A stretch of DNA of 64,000 nt from NCBI GenBank assembly GCA_039588275.1, contig JBDHAC010000007.1, positions 12,672-76,671 on the forward strand, given 5' to 3'. Shown here piece after piece: positions 26,648 to 35,498 of the stretch (position 1 is the stretch's first letter; the number at the start of each line of letters is the position of its first letter). Under the pieces are notes generated by a model. The model was not told the origin of the DNA. It saw nothing but the letters and a program-made list of their open reading frames with translations, and made no database searches. Made by a program: the position numbers and the translations under genes. This DNA is from Gemmatimonadota bacterium (GTDB taxonomy: Bacteria > Gemmatimonadota > Gemmatimonadetes > Palauibacterales > Palauibacteraceae).

Positions 26648-28221
26648 TGGCGTTCTCGGTCGACTGGCTTCGCGCGGCACTCACGATCTTCTTCGGCGCT
26701 CTGGCTGGAGGCGTCACGAACCGAATCGCGGTGTGGATGCTGTTCCACCCGTACGAGCCGCCGAGCGTGGCGGGCCGGCGAGTGCGCTGGCTCCAGGGTG
26801 CCGTCCCCAAGAACCAGAAGCGGCTCGCCAGCTCGATCGGCCGAGTGGTCGGCGGGCAGTTGCTCACCTCCGAGGACATTGCCGCGGAGCTGCGGGACGA
26901 GGAGCTGAGGGACGCCTTTCAGACCCGGTTGCGGGAGCTGATCGTCGCCCTCGTAGAGGGCGATCAGCCCGCCCTCGCGGACCTGCTCCCCCCGTCCGCC
27001 CTCGAGGAGCTGCGGGCGCTCGCCGAGCACGTGCTGGACGAGGGTCGCGAGCAGATTCAGAAGGCGGTGGAATCACCGGAGTTTCAGACCGAGGCGGAGC
27101 GCCTCCTGGACCACGTTCGACAAACGCTCAGCGATGAGCCGCTGTCGACGGCCCTCGACGAGGAGCGGCTCGACGCGGTACGCGACAGCCTGGACGAGTG
27201 GCTGGCGCGGTTGGCGAATTCGGAGGCGTTCGAGCAGACGGTCAACCGCCACCTGGAGGGGGCGGCGAATCACGTCCTGGCCCCCGGCCGGACGCTCGAG
27301 GAGCTGATTCCGCAGGGCCTGGTCGCCGCCGTCGAGCACGCGATCAACGATTACCTCCCCCTCGCGATGGAGCGGCTAGGGCGGCTGCTCGAGGATCCCG
27401 AGGCACGCCACCGCGTGGAGCGCCTCATCCACGACCTGCTCGACCGGTTCATGCGAGACCTCCGCTTTCACCAGCGTGTGGTGGCCAAGCTGATCATCAC
27501 CGAAGAGACCGTGACGAAGGTCCTCGAAACGCTGGAGGCGGAGGGCGCGGACCGGCTCGGCGACCTGCTCAAGGAGGAAGAGGTGCAGGGGGCGATGGCC
27601 CGCAACGTGAACGAGGCCATCTCGGAGTTCCTCCGCCGCCCCACCACCAGCGTGCTGGGTGAGGTCGACGCTCCGCAGGTGCTGAGCGCGCTCGCCGCCA
27701 TCCAGGGCTGGATCCTCCAGAGCGCCCGAGACGAGAAGGCGCGCAGGTTCTTCCTCGAGCAGCTCGAGGATGCGGTAGCCCGCCTGGGTGAGCGCAGCTG
27801 GGCGGATCTGCTGCGTCTGGTGCCGGCGTCGCGGATCGGTCCGTGGCTCGCGGCGGGGTTGCGATCGGAGCCCGGCCAGGAGGTGTTCGACTCGATCACC
27901 GCGACGCTGGTCGAACGTTTGCTTCACCGACCAATCGGACGCCTGAACCGGTTTCTGCGCGAAGATGCCGCGGTGCGGCTTTCGGACAGCCTCGCTCCTC
28001 CCGCGTGGGAGTGGGTGACGGGCCAGGTCCCGGAGGTCGCCGAGCGAATCCGCATCGCCGAACGCATCGAGGAGAAGATCGAGGGCTTCCCACTGGTGGA
28101 GGTGGAACGCCTCGTGCGCGAGATCAGTCAGCGCGAGCTGGATCTCATCATTCGCCTCGGGTACATCCTCGGGGCGTTCATCGGGACGATTCTGGTCATC
28201 ATCACGACTATTCTGGGTTGA
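26644..28221 (+). CDS. DUF445 family membrane protein
   Basis: N-terminal FFGALAGGVTNRIAVWMLFHPYEP and C-terminal RELDLIIRLGYILGAFIGTILV are DUF445 hallmarks. The middle of the protein is long and helical. Confidence 0.87.
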   Translation: MMAFSVDWLRAALTIFFGALAGGVTNRIAVWMLFHPYEPPSVAGRRVRWLQGAVPKNQKRLASSIGRVVGGQLLTSEDIAAELRDEELRDAFQTRLRELIVALVEGDQPALADLLPPSALEELRALAEHVLDEGREQIQKAVESPEFQTEAERLLDHVRQTLSDEPLSTALDEERLDAVRDSLDEWLARLANSEAFEQTVNRHLEGAANHVLAPGRTLEELIPQGLVAAVEHAINDYLPLAMERLGRLLEDPEARHRVERLIHDLLDRFMRDLRFHQRVVAKLIITEETVTKVLETLEAEGADRLGDLLKEEEVQGAMARNVNEAISEFLRRPTTSVLGEVDAPQVLSALAAIQGWILQSARDEKARRFFLEQLEDAVARLGERSWADLLRLVPASRIGPWLAAGLRSEPGQEVFDSITATLVERLLHRPIGRLNRFLREDAAVRLSDSLAPPAWEWVTGQVPEVAERIRIAERIEEKIEGFPLVEVERLVREISQRELDLIIRLGYILGAFIGTILVIITTILG

Positions 28222-28224
28222 GTC

Positions 28225-28911
28225 ATGCGATCGATACATACCGCGCGGGCCGGAGCGTCGGCCAGGCTCTCGGCTGGGCTGTCGGCCGGGCTCGGCGCCG
28301 CCGTGCGCCTCGCGAGCTCCGTGTTGATCGGAACGCTCTTGCTGACCGCGTGTGGCGAGCGGAGCGGGAGCGCACGGATCGATTCTGAATTCCGAGGCTC
28401 CGCGCTGCCCGAGCCGTTTCCCGCGCCGGACTTCACGCTGCTCGATACGGACGGGGCCGAGTTCCGCTTCCGCGAGGAGACGGCCGGTTACCTGACGATG
28501 TTGTTCTTTGGGTATACACACTGTCCCGACATCTGTCCGGTACATATGGCGAACCTCGCGGCGGTGCTCGGCGACCTCCTGTACGAGCAGCGGAGCCGGG
28601 TGAAGGTCGTGTTCGTCACCACCGACCCCGAGCGCGACACGCCGGCGGTCGTGCGCGAATGGCTGGATCGTTTCGACCGGAGCTTCATCGGGCTGATCGG
28701 AGATCTCGAATCGGTGAACGAGATTCAGGCGAGCTTCCGACTGCCGCCGGCCGTGCGTCAGGAGATGCAGAGCGGTGAGCACCTCGTTGGACACGCCTCG
28801 CAGGTGGTCGCGATCACGAGCGACGGTCTCGTCCGCGTCTTCTACCCCTCGGGAGTCCGGCAAGCCGACTGGGCCGAGGACCTACCCCGTCTTCTCGAAG
28901 TCGGCCGCTGA
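28225..28911 (+). CDS. SCO1/SenC family copper chaperone (thioredoxin fold), lipoprotein
   Basis: It has a lipobox (LLLTACG), the CxxxC copper motif (FGYTHCPDICP) and a distal His (HASQVV). Confidence 0.92.
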   Translation: MRSIHTARAGASARLSAGLSAGLGAAVRLASSVLIGTLLLTACGERSGSARIDSEFRGSALPEPFPAPDFTLLDTDGAEFRFREETAGYLTMLFFGYTHCPDICPVHMANLAAVLGDLLYEQRSRVKVVFVTTDPERDTPAVVREWLDRFDRSFIGLIGDLESVNEIQASFRLPPAVRQEMQSGEHLVGHASQVVAITSDGLVRVFYPSGVRQADWAEDLPRLLEVGR

Positions 28912-28917
28912 GCGCAG

Positions 28918-29706
28918 ATGAACTGGTGGTGCGCCGCACAGGGGGTCCCCTGGGCGTGGACGTGGCGACCGTATCCCGGCGTATGGCTGTTCATCGCCCT
29001 GGTGGCCGTCCTCCACTGGACCGTGGGCGGCGGGCGATCCGTCGAGGCCCGCCGGCGACCCTGGTTCTGGGTCGGGCTCGCGCTTCTGTGGGTCTCGTTG
29101 GACTGGCCGCTGGGCGCGTTGGGAGCGGGCTATCTGGCGTCGATCCACATGGTTCAGTTCGTGCTCATCGCCCTCATCGTGCCACCGCTCCTGTTGAGCG
29201 GGGTTCCGCGTGAGACGTTCGAGCGTCTGGACGCCAGCCCGGCTGGGCGAGGTGTGATTCGCCCCCTGACGCACCCCCTGGTGGCGCTCCTCCTGTTCGC
29301 GCTCGTGGTCGTGGTGACGCACTGGCCCGCGGTCGTCGACGGGCTGATGGCCACGCAGCTCGGATCGTTCGCTCTCGATATGGCCTGGCTGGGCGCGGCG
29401 ATGCTGTTCTGGTGGCCGGTCGTCGTGCCCGTGCCCGCGCGTCCCCGATTCACGTATCCCGCCAAGGTGGCGTACCTGATCCTCACCACCGTCGTGATGA
29501 CGGCGCCCTACATCTTCCTGACGTTTGCGGAGCTGCCCTTCTACGCCACGTACGAGCTCGCGCCACCGGTTGGCGGACTCAGCGCGCGGGTGGATCAGCG
29601 CATCGCGGGTCTGGTGATGCGAATCGGAGGAGGGGCGGTGCTTTGGACCGCGGCGGGCATCGTCTTCTACCGGTGGTATCGGAGCGAGAACGCCCCGGTC
29701 GGCTAG
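28918..29706 (+). CDS. ctaG: Cytochrome c oxidase assembly factor CtaG (caa3-type, membrane)
   Basis: N-terminus WTWRPYPGVWLFIALVAV, with multiple TM helices and motifs HMVQFVLIALIVPPLLL and FWWPVV. Confidence 0.82.
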   Translation: MNWWCAAQGVPWAWTWRPYPGVWLFIALVAVLHWTVGGGRSVEARRRPWFWVGLALLWVSLDWPLGALGAGYLASIHMVQFVLIALIVPPLLLSGVPRETFERLDASPAGRGVIRPLTHPLVALLLFALVVVVTHWPAVVDGLMATQLGSFALDMAWLGAAMLFWWPVVVPVPARPRFTYPAKVAYLILTTVVMTAPYIFLTFAELPFYATYELAPPVGGLSARVDQRIAGLVMRIGGGAVLWTAAGIVFYRWYRSENAPVG

Positions 29707-30044
29707 GCGGTTTCCCCCACGATCCACGCCAGGTAGGCGTTCGAGCCACCGACGACGGGCAGCGCGATCACTTCCGGAACATCGTAGGGGTGCAACTCGA
29801 CGATACGGCGCTCGAGCGGGTCGAGGCGCTCGGCGGTAGTCTTGAAGATGGCCAGGGCCTCGCCCTCATCCTCGATCGCGCCTTCCCACCGGTAAATGGA
29901 GCGAACGCCGTCCAACAGGTTCACGCACGCGGCGAGCTTCTCATCGACGATGGTGCGGCCCAAGCGGGCCAGCGATTCGATGTCCGGGCCGGTCACCAGC
30001 ACCACGACGACGTTCGCGCTCGAGCCTCGAACCCCGTCGCTCAC
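29703..30044 (-). CDS. cutA: Divalent-cation tolerance protein CutA
   Basis: Motifs AACVNLLDGVRSIYRWEG and ELHPYDVPEVIALPV. The GTG start lies in a GTGA overlap with the upstream stop. Confidence 0.9.
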   Translation of the reverse strand: MSDGVRGSSANVVVVLVTGPDIESLARLGRTIVDEKLAACVNLLDGVRSIYRWEGAIEDEGEALAIFKTTAERLDPLERRIVELHPYDVPEVIALPVVGGSNAYLAWIVGETA

Positions 30045-31954
30045 CCCCCGAGCTCCTCGCGCTCGTCGGCGTCGGCCGCTTCCTGGTCGCGTTCCGCGGC
30101 CTCGTACAGCTCGTCGATCTCGTTCGCGTAACGCTTCACGACCACGCGCCGCTTCACCTTCAGGGTGGGCGTCAGCTCCCCTCCCTCGACCGTGAACTCG
30201 TCGGCTACGGGCAGGATGCGCCTGGGCCGCTCGTAACGGGCGAAGTCCGAGCAGCGGGAGAGAACGGATCGTTCCAGCTCGTCCCGCAGCCGTGGCTCGC
30301 GCAGAAGCGCCTCAGCGGTCTCGGCCGAGATCCCCAGCTCGAGCGCGCGGGCCTGAAGGAGCTCGAGGTTCGGAACGATGAGGGCGACCGGGAACTTCCT
30401 GCGATCGCCGAGCATCACGGCCTCGATCACCAGGGGATCGGTCTTCATGGCCCGCTCGAGGGGCTGGGGTGCGATGTTCTTCCCGTACGCCGTGACGATC
30501 AGCTCTTTCTTGCGGTCGGTGATCCGCAGGTAGCCGTCCGCATCCAGCTCGCCGATGTCTCCCGTGTGAAACCACCCGTCCTCGTCGATGACCTGACGGG
30601 TGGCCTCCGGATCGTTGTAGTACCCCAGCATGATCTGGGGGCCGCGCGCCAGGATCTCGCCGTCGCCGGCGATTCGAATCTCCGTGCCGGGCAACGGGCG
30701 TCCCACCGTTCCGAGGCGTACGGCGTCGACGGGATTGAACGTGAGGATGGGCGAGGTCTCGGTGAGTCCGTATCCCTCGAAGATCGGGAGGCCGGCCGCG
30801 AAGAAGAATTGGGCGATCTCGCGTGACAGCGGCGCACCTCCGCTGAGGAAGTAGCGGATACGGCCGCCCGTCCGCGCGCGCAGCTTGCTGAACACCAGCC
30901 GGTCCGCCAGCGTGCCCCGGAGCGTCAGCCAGACCCCGGCTCGGCCGCCCTCGAGCCGGCGGGTGGCGCGTTCCTCCCCCACCCGCCTGGCCCACGAGAA
31001 GATGGCGGCCTTCAACGCCCCTCCCTCACGCGCCGTCTCTTCAACGCGCTCGAGCACCTTCTCGTACACCCTCGGCACCGCGGCCATCACCGTCGGACGC
31101 ACCTCGCCCAGGTCCCGCGCTACGGTCAGCGTCGATTCGGCGTACGCAACGGTGACCCCGGCCAGCCACATGATGTATTGGCCGACCACGCGCTCGAAGA
31201 TGTGGGCCAGCGGAAGGAGTGAGAGCGCGATGTCGTCGGTCGCGATCGGAAAGACCTCGGTGGCGAGCTTCGCGTTGCTCTGCACGTTGAAGTGGCTGAG
31301 CATCACCCCCTTGGGCGACCCGGTCGTTCCGGACGTGTAGATGAGCGTCGCGAGATCTTCGGGCTGCGTCTGGAGCGCGTACGATTCGTAACTCTCCCCC
31401 AGCGTCGTCTCCGCCCGTGCACCGCGCTCGAGCAGATCGTCCAGGGATATGGTGGACAAGCGGCGCGACAGGGTCTCGCGAGAGGTCCTGTCGTCCTCCG
31501 GGACCGTAACGGGATCGAAAACGACCAGCATCTCGAGCTCGGGCAGCTCGTCGAGGACCTCGAGCACCTTGTCGAGCTGTTCCTGGTCGGAAACGAAGAG
31601 GGCGCGGGCCCCCGCGTTTTCCAGCACGTAGTGGACCTGGTCGGAGGGGAGGACGGGGTACACCGGTACGCTTACGAGGCGCGCCATCACGAGCGCGAAG
31701 TCGGTCAGCGTCCATTCGAGCCGGGTGTGGGAGAGGATTCCGACCCGGTCGCCGGGCACGAGACCGAGGTCGCGCAGCGCGAGCGCGAGCCGCCGGATAC
31801 GCCCGGCCACGTCGTCCGTCGACAGGCTCTCCCATCTGCCATCGGGTAGCCGACGTCGGAGCGCGTCGGCTTTCCCCACACCTGCCCCATCGAGGAACAG
31901 CTCCGCCAGGGTCCCGGGTTCCATCGTCATCGAGGCGCCGGAGGCCTGAGTCAT
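30041..31954 (-). CDS. Long-chain acyl-CoA synthetase (AMP-forming, FadD-like)
   Basis: AMP-binding motif YTSGTTGSPKGVMLSH, plus GYGLTETSP, WFHTGDIG and LTPTLKVKR. Confidence 0.93.
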   Translation of the reverse strand: MTQASGASMTMEPGTLAELFLDGAGVGKADALRRRLPDGRWESLSTDDVAGRIRRLALALRDLGLVPGDRVGILSHTRLEWTLTDFALVMARLVSVPVYPVLPSDQVHYVLENAGARALFVSDQEQLDKVLEVLDELPELEMLVVFDPVTVPEDDRTSRETLSRRLSTISLDDLLERGARAETTLGESYESYALQTQPEDLATLIYTSGTTGSPKGVMLSHFNVQSNAKLATEVFPIATDDIALSLLPLAHIFERVVGQYIMWLAGVTVAYAESTLTVARDLGEVRPTVMAAVPRVYEKVLERVEETAREGGALKAAIFSWARRVGEERATRRLEGGRAGVWLTLRGTLADRLVFSKLRARTGGRIRYFLSGGAPLSREIAQFFFAAGLPIFEGYGLTETSPILTFNPVDAVRLGTVGRPLPGTEIRIAGDGEILARGPQIMLGYYNDPEATRQVIDEDGWFHTGDIGELDADGYLRITDRKKELIVTAYGKNIAPQPLERAMKTDPLVIEAVMLGDRRKFPVALIVPNLELLQARALELGISAETAEALLREPRLRDELERSVLSRCSDFARYERPRRILPVADEFTVEGGELTPTLKVKRRVVVKRYANEIDELYEAAERDQEAADADEREELGG

Positions 31955-31964
31955 TCGGGCAGTA

Positions 31965-32561
31965 TCAGATCTCGGGTTTGGCGTCTGCGCCGGGCGCGTC
32001 TGCGTCGGGCGCGTCCGCGGCTGAGGCGTCGGCGTCGGGCTCGTCCGCGGCGGGCGCGTCTGCGTCTACCTCGTCCTTGGGAGGCGCGTCGGCGTCTGCC
32101 TCGGCTACCCCGAGATCATCTGTACCTCGCTCTTCGGAGGCGGACGGCGCGTGGCCCGTCACACGCCCCAGCGTTCTCCGCGCGTGAGTGATCTGCCGCG
32201 CGTCGTCTCTTCCGGGCTTGGCCCGTCGGAGAAACGCCTCGAGGTGGACCACGGCGGCTTCTACGTGCCCGGCCTTGAGCAGCAGGAACGCGAGACCGTA
32301 ATGCGCAGAAGTGCTGGTGGGGCGAAGCTCGAGCGCCCGTTGATACGACTTGATCGCGTTATCGGCTAGCCCGATATGGGTGTACGCAACGGCCATCTGC
32401 TCGAGCGTGGCCGCGTCGTCGGGGCGCTGTCTCAGGGCCAGCCGGAAGGAGGTGAGCGCATCGTGGTGAAGCTCCTGGCGTAGCAAGGCGACACCCTCTT
32501 CATAGTAATCCGGAGCGCGTCTCCCGCTGGAATCGCGTTCCCAGAACTTCCACCAGACCAT
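31965..32561 (-). CDS. TPR protein with acidic D-A-D-A-P repeat tail
   Basis: TPR units (DALTSFRLALRQRPDDA; NAIKSYQRALELRP). The tail reads EADADAPPKDEVDADAPAADEPDADASAADAPDADAPGADAKPEI. Confidence 0.8.
   Translation of the reverse strand: MVWWKFWERDSSGRRAPDYYEEGVALLRQELHHDALTSFRLALRQRPDDAATLEQMAVAYTHIGLADNAIKSYQRALELRPTSTSAHYGLAFLLLKAGHVEAAVVHLEAFLRRAKPGRDDARQITHARRTLGRVTGHAPSASEERGTDDLGVAEADADAPPKDEVDADAPAADEPDADASAADAPDADAPGADAKPEI
31978..32110. repeat. Degenerate short tandem repeats (GCGTC[T/G]GCGTCGGGC-like) encoding the acidic tail
   Basis: Repeated GCGTCTGCG, GCGTCGGGC and GCGTCCGCGGC units are visible by eye. They lie inside the CDS. Confidence 0.7.
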
Positions 32562-32577
32562 GGCTACCGTTTCTCGT

Positions 32578-32847
32578 TCACGCGAGCGGCGGCGGCTCGG
32601 GCGGTGACGCCGCCAGGTTATGCACGAAGGCGAATACTGCTCCGCCGAAGAATCCGTAAATGTACGCCCACATCGCTCCGATGAACGCGCCCGCCGGGCT
32701 CACCGAGTACCCGAACAACACGCTCCTGAGGAGCGGCGGCGTAGCGACTTCACCGACGCCGAGGAGCATCGCGAGCGTACCGATGAACACTGCCCCGGCG
32801 GCCACCGCGCCGCCGGCGATTCCAAACGCTCTCGTGTTCAGTCGCAT
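32578..32847 (-). CDS. Small Gly/Ala-rich membrane protein
   Basis: Two or three hydrophobic helices (GIAGGAVAAGAVFIGTLAMLLGV; GAFIGAMWAYIYGFFGGAVFAFV). Confidence 0.55.
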   Translation of the reverse strand: MRLNTRAFGIAGGAVAAGAVFIGTLAMLLGVGEVATPPLLRSVLFGYSVSPAGAFIGAMWAYIYGFFGGAVFAFVHNLAASPPEPPPLA

Positions 32848-32969
32848 ACCTCGATCGGGGGTGGCCGGAATCCCGGCGGAATCGGCGCGAAAACGGCCGA
32901 ACCGAAGTTAGACGGGGCATCGAGGCCGGGCAATCGACCTCGGAAGGGCGCTGAAGGGTGCGAGGCCCG

Positions 32970-33653
32970 CTACAGACGCGTGGCGACGAGCGCGAGGGCC
33001 TCGGCCGCGTGGACCTCGAAGCCCCCCTCCCGTATGGCTTCGAGCACGTCCTCCGCCGGGTCGAACACGGCCAGGCGGCCACCGGGTGCCAGGACGCGCT
33101 CGGCTTCGGCGAGGCGCTCCGCCGATCCGCCGAGGAGCGCGATGCCGTGCAGCGCACGCGGCCGGAAAGGCCACGGGAGGCCGGACGCGCCGGCCATCGG
33201 TGTCACGCCGGCGAGGGGCTCGTGCGGTCGGGGCCGGGAGTCGCCTGGCGAATCCGCCGGCAGAAAGGACTCCGGCGCCAGAAACAGGATCTCGAGCCGT
33301 TCTCCCCAGCCCGCCACGGGCTCCGCGCACGCGGCCAGTCCCTCGTCGAGGAGCAACCGCGCGCCGGCGCGTTCCTGGACCCCCAGAAGCGCTGCCACCT
33401 GCATCGCACGCTCGGGTGGACACGGGTGGGCGGAGGTCGCGGCGGATGCGGAGGGGCCCGGCTCGGCGGAATCGCTCGCTTCGCGGCGGAGATCGATGGC
33501 ACCCCCGACGATGGGGTACTCCACCCCACACTGCGGGCACCCGAGGTGACCCTCGACTACGCGCCGGTCCTGCAGGTCGCCGACGAAGGCAACCAAACCC
33601 AGGGCGGCCTGGCAATCGGGACAGTCGAGCGCTTCGGCTAGCTCGATGAACAC
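32970..33653 (-). CDS. Trm112-like zinc-ribbon fused to a degenerate methyltransferase-like domain
   Basis: The zinc ribbon has four Cys (LDCPDCQ...LGCPQCGVEYPIVGGAIDL). The C-terminus (VLAPGGRLAVFDP) resembles the end of a class-I methyltransferase. Confidence 0.68.
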   Translation of the reverse strand: MFIELAEALDCPDCQAALGLVAFVGDLQDRRVVEGHLGCPQCGVEYPIVGGAIDLRREASDSAEPGPSASAATSAHPCPPERAMQVAALLGVQERAGARLLLDEGLAACAEPVAGWGERLEILFLAPESFLPADSPGDSRPRPHEPLAGVTPMAGASGLPWPFRPRALHGIALLGGSAERLAEAERVLAPGGRLAVFDPAEDVLEAIREGGFEVHAAEALALVATRL

Positions 33654-33673
33654 GCGCCTCGCTCGAGGCTGGG

Positions 33674-34255
33674 CTAGGAGATGAACTGCGGAGAGAGCAC
33701 GAGCTGCATGAACTCCTCGCGCGTGCGTGGATCACTGCGGAACAGCCCGCGGACCGCGCTCGTGATGGTCTTGCTGTTCTGCTTCTGGACGCCGCGCATC
33801 ATCATGCACAGGTGGTAGGCTTCGACGACGACGCCCACACCCTGTGGCTGGAGCACATCCTCGAGCGCCTGCGCGATCTCCTCCGTGAGGCGTTCCTGCA
33901 CCTGCAGCCGGCGCGCGAACACTTCCACGACCCGCGGCAGCTTGCTGAGCCCGACGATCTTCCCATCCGGGATATATGCGACGTGCGCCTTTCCGAAGAA
34001 GGGAAGCATGTGGTGCTCGCACAGCGAGTACAGCTCGATGTCCTTGACGATCACCATGCTGTCGTGCGCCTCGTCGTACACGGCGTCGCCGATCGCATCC
34101 TCCACCGACAGCCCGTAGCCGCGCGTGAGAAAGCCGAGCGAGCGGGAGACTCGCCCCGGCGTTTCGCGCAACCCTGCCCGGTTCGGGTCCTCGCCCAGGG
34201 CTTCGAGCTGCGCGCGCACGAGCTCCTCGAAAGGGACGTCCCGTTCTTCACTCAC
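33674..34255 (-). CDS. folE: GTP cyclohydrolase I (type IA)
   Basis: Motifs [42 protein letters not shown] and HLCMMMRGV. The start codon is GTG. Confidence 0.95.
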   Translation of the reverse strand: MSEERDVPFEELVRAQLEALGEDPNRAGLRETPGRVSRSLGFLTRGYGLSVEDAIGDAVYDEAHDSMVIVKDIELYSLCEHHMLPFFGKAHVAYIPDGKIVGLSKLPRVVEVFARRLQVQERLTEEIAQALEDVLQPQGVGVVVEAYHLCMMMRGVQKQNSKTITSAVRGLFRSDPRTREEFMQLVLSPQFIS

Positions 34256-34324
34256 CTCGATACTCCGCCATGTGGCGTGCCGCGTCGTGCGACTTCACCG
34301 ACGCCGACTTGCCCACGTCCAGAG

Positions 34325-34357
34325 AAAAAAAAGGGGCGACCCTCTCGGGTCACCCCT
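34325..34357 (-). terminator. Strong intrinsic terminator (minus strand)
   Basis: On the minus strand: AGGGGUGACCC-GAGA-GGGUCGCCCCU (an 11-bp stem with one G-U pair) followed by U8. It lies 270 nt downstream of the ZIP gene stop and about 70 nt upstream of the folE start. Confidence 0.8.
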
Positions 34358-34531
34358 ATGATTGAGACAGATGCGAGGGGTTTTTTGAAGCCCTTTTCCT
34401 AATAATCCCTAAGGAATTCGCCCCTCCTCCCCGTCGTACGCCGTCCCACTCGGGGCCTGACGCCGGCCGGAAGATCGGGAGCGTTATGGCGTCTGTTGGT
34501 TCAAAAATACGCCTCACATCCGCTGCTCTGA
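34358..34531 (-). ncRNA. Candidate structured leader or small RNA (class unknown)
   Basis: The region lies between the promoter-like box and the terminator and is the most AT-rich non-coding stretch in the window. A roughly 60-nt imperfect hairpin is closed by GAGGGG/CCCCUC (34426-34365). No usable ORF is present. Confidence 0.3.
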
Positions 34532-34560
34532 ACCTTACGCAGGGGGGCTGCCGCCGTCAA
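34532..34560 (-). promoter_or_regulatory. Sigma70-like promoter candidate
   Basis: On the minus strand: TTGACG (34560-34555), a 17-nt spacer, then TAAGGT (34537-34532). Confidence 0.35.
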
Positions 34561-34629
34561 TCCTCGCGCCATCCGGACCCGTCCGCGGACCACGCACATC
34601 GACCCCGGAGGTCGAACCCGGTGGCCGAC

Positions 34630-35397
34630 TTAGTGACCGCCGGCCGGAACCAGCATCAGACCGAGGATCATCACCGCGACGCCCAGCAGGAACGCGAGGG
34701 TATTGCGCCGGCGACCGCTCGCCTGGCCCTCGGGGAGGAGATCGGCGGCCCCCACGTACAGGAACGTCCCGCCCGACGCCGCCAGGAAGATCCCCAGGAG
34801 CATCGTGCTCGCGTCACGCAACAGCGCGTAGCTCACGACGACGGCGAGCGGCGTGATCAGAGCGACCCAGGTCGCGTAACGCGCGGCCTCCCGCCGCTCC
34901 AGGCCGCCGTGGTACAGCACGCTCATGGTGGCGATCCCCACCGGCAGCTTGTGCGATACGACGAGCGACAGGATCACCGCCCCTGTGAGGAAGCTCGCCG
35001 AAAAGCCCGCCCCCACCGCGAGCCCGTCCAGAAGCGAGTGGAGCGCGAGTCCGAGGATCGCGGCCCAGCCGACTTGGTCCGGGTGGTCGTGGTGGGCCTC
35101 GTCCTCCCCTTCCTCGGCGCGGGCGTGCGGGTGTGGGAGGAAATGGTTCTCGGCGATGTACAACAGGATGAACGCGCCCAGACCCCATGCCATCGACGCA
35201 CTCGATCCGATCATTTCGCCGGCACGCGTCAGGAGGTGGAGCAACGAGCCCGCTACCAGCAGCCCGCTGGCAAACGTGATCAGCTCGGGGGTGTGCCGAC
35301 GGGCCCATGCCTCGTGACCCCACATCAGCCACACGCCGACCAGGCCGGCGACGCCCGCGATCGCGGCGAAAAGGACTACGGCGGGCCAGGTGGGCAT
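34630..35397 (-). CDS. ZIP family metal (zinc) transporter, ZupT-like
   Basis: It has a His-rich loop (HPHARAEEGEDEAHHDHPD), the motif GLALHSLLDGLAVGAG, and about eight TM helices. Confidence 0.9.
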   Translation of the reverse strand: MPTWPAVVLFAAIAGVAGLVGVWLMWGHEAWARRHTPELITFASGLLVAGSLLHLLTRAGEMIGSSASMAWGLGAFILLYIAENHFLPHPHARAEEGEDEAHHDHPDQVGWAAILGLALHSLLDGLAVGAGFSASFLTGAVILSLVVSHKLPVGIATMSVLYHGGLERREAARYATWVALITPLAVVVSYALLRDASTMLLGIFLAASGGTFLYVGAADLLPEGQASGRRRNTLAFLLGVAVMILGLMLVPAGGH

Positions 35398-35498
35398 CGG
35401 GCTCCTCGTCTGCTCCAGGCGGGGGGAAGCGCCGCGTCGGGCGAGTGCCAGCGCGACTTGATTGCACGTAATCGCCTACAAACCCTACATTTCGCGCG

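Noticed and set aside
34590-34629. A tRNA-like T-arm (CCCCGGAGGTCGAACCCGGTGG) next to the ZIP gene stop, which could mark a tRNA or an att site.
   Set aside because: The loop is not the 7-nt TTCRANN type. No matching acceptor 5' strand, D-arm or anticodon arm could be found in the preceding 80 nt.
35460-35473. A Zur/Fur-like operator, GATTGCACGTAATC, in the ZIP/zinc-operon divergent spacer.
   Set aside because: Only the outer GATT/AATC positions are symmetric, with 4 mismatches in 14. It does not match any Zur box consensus I can recall. It is mentioned in the zinc-island finding only as a weak candidate.
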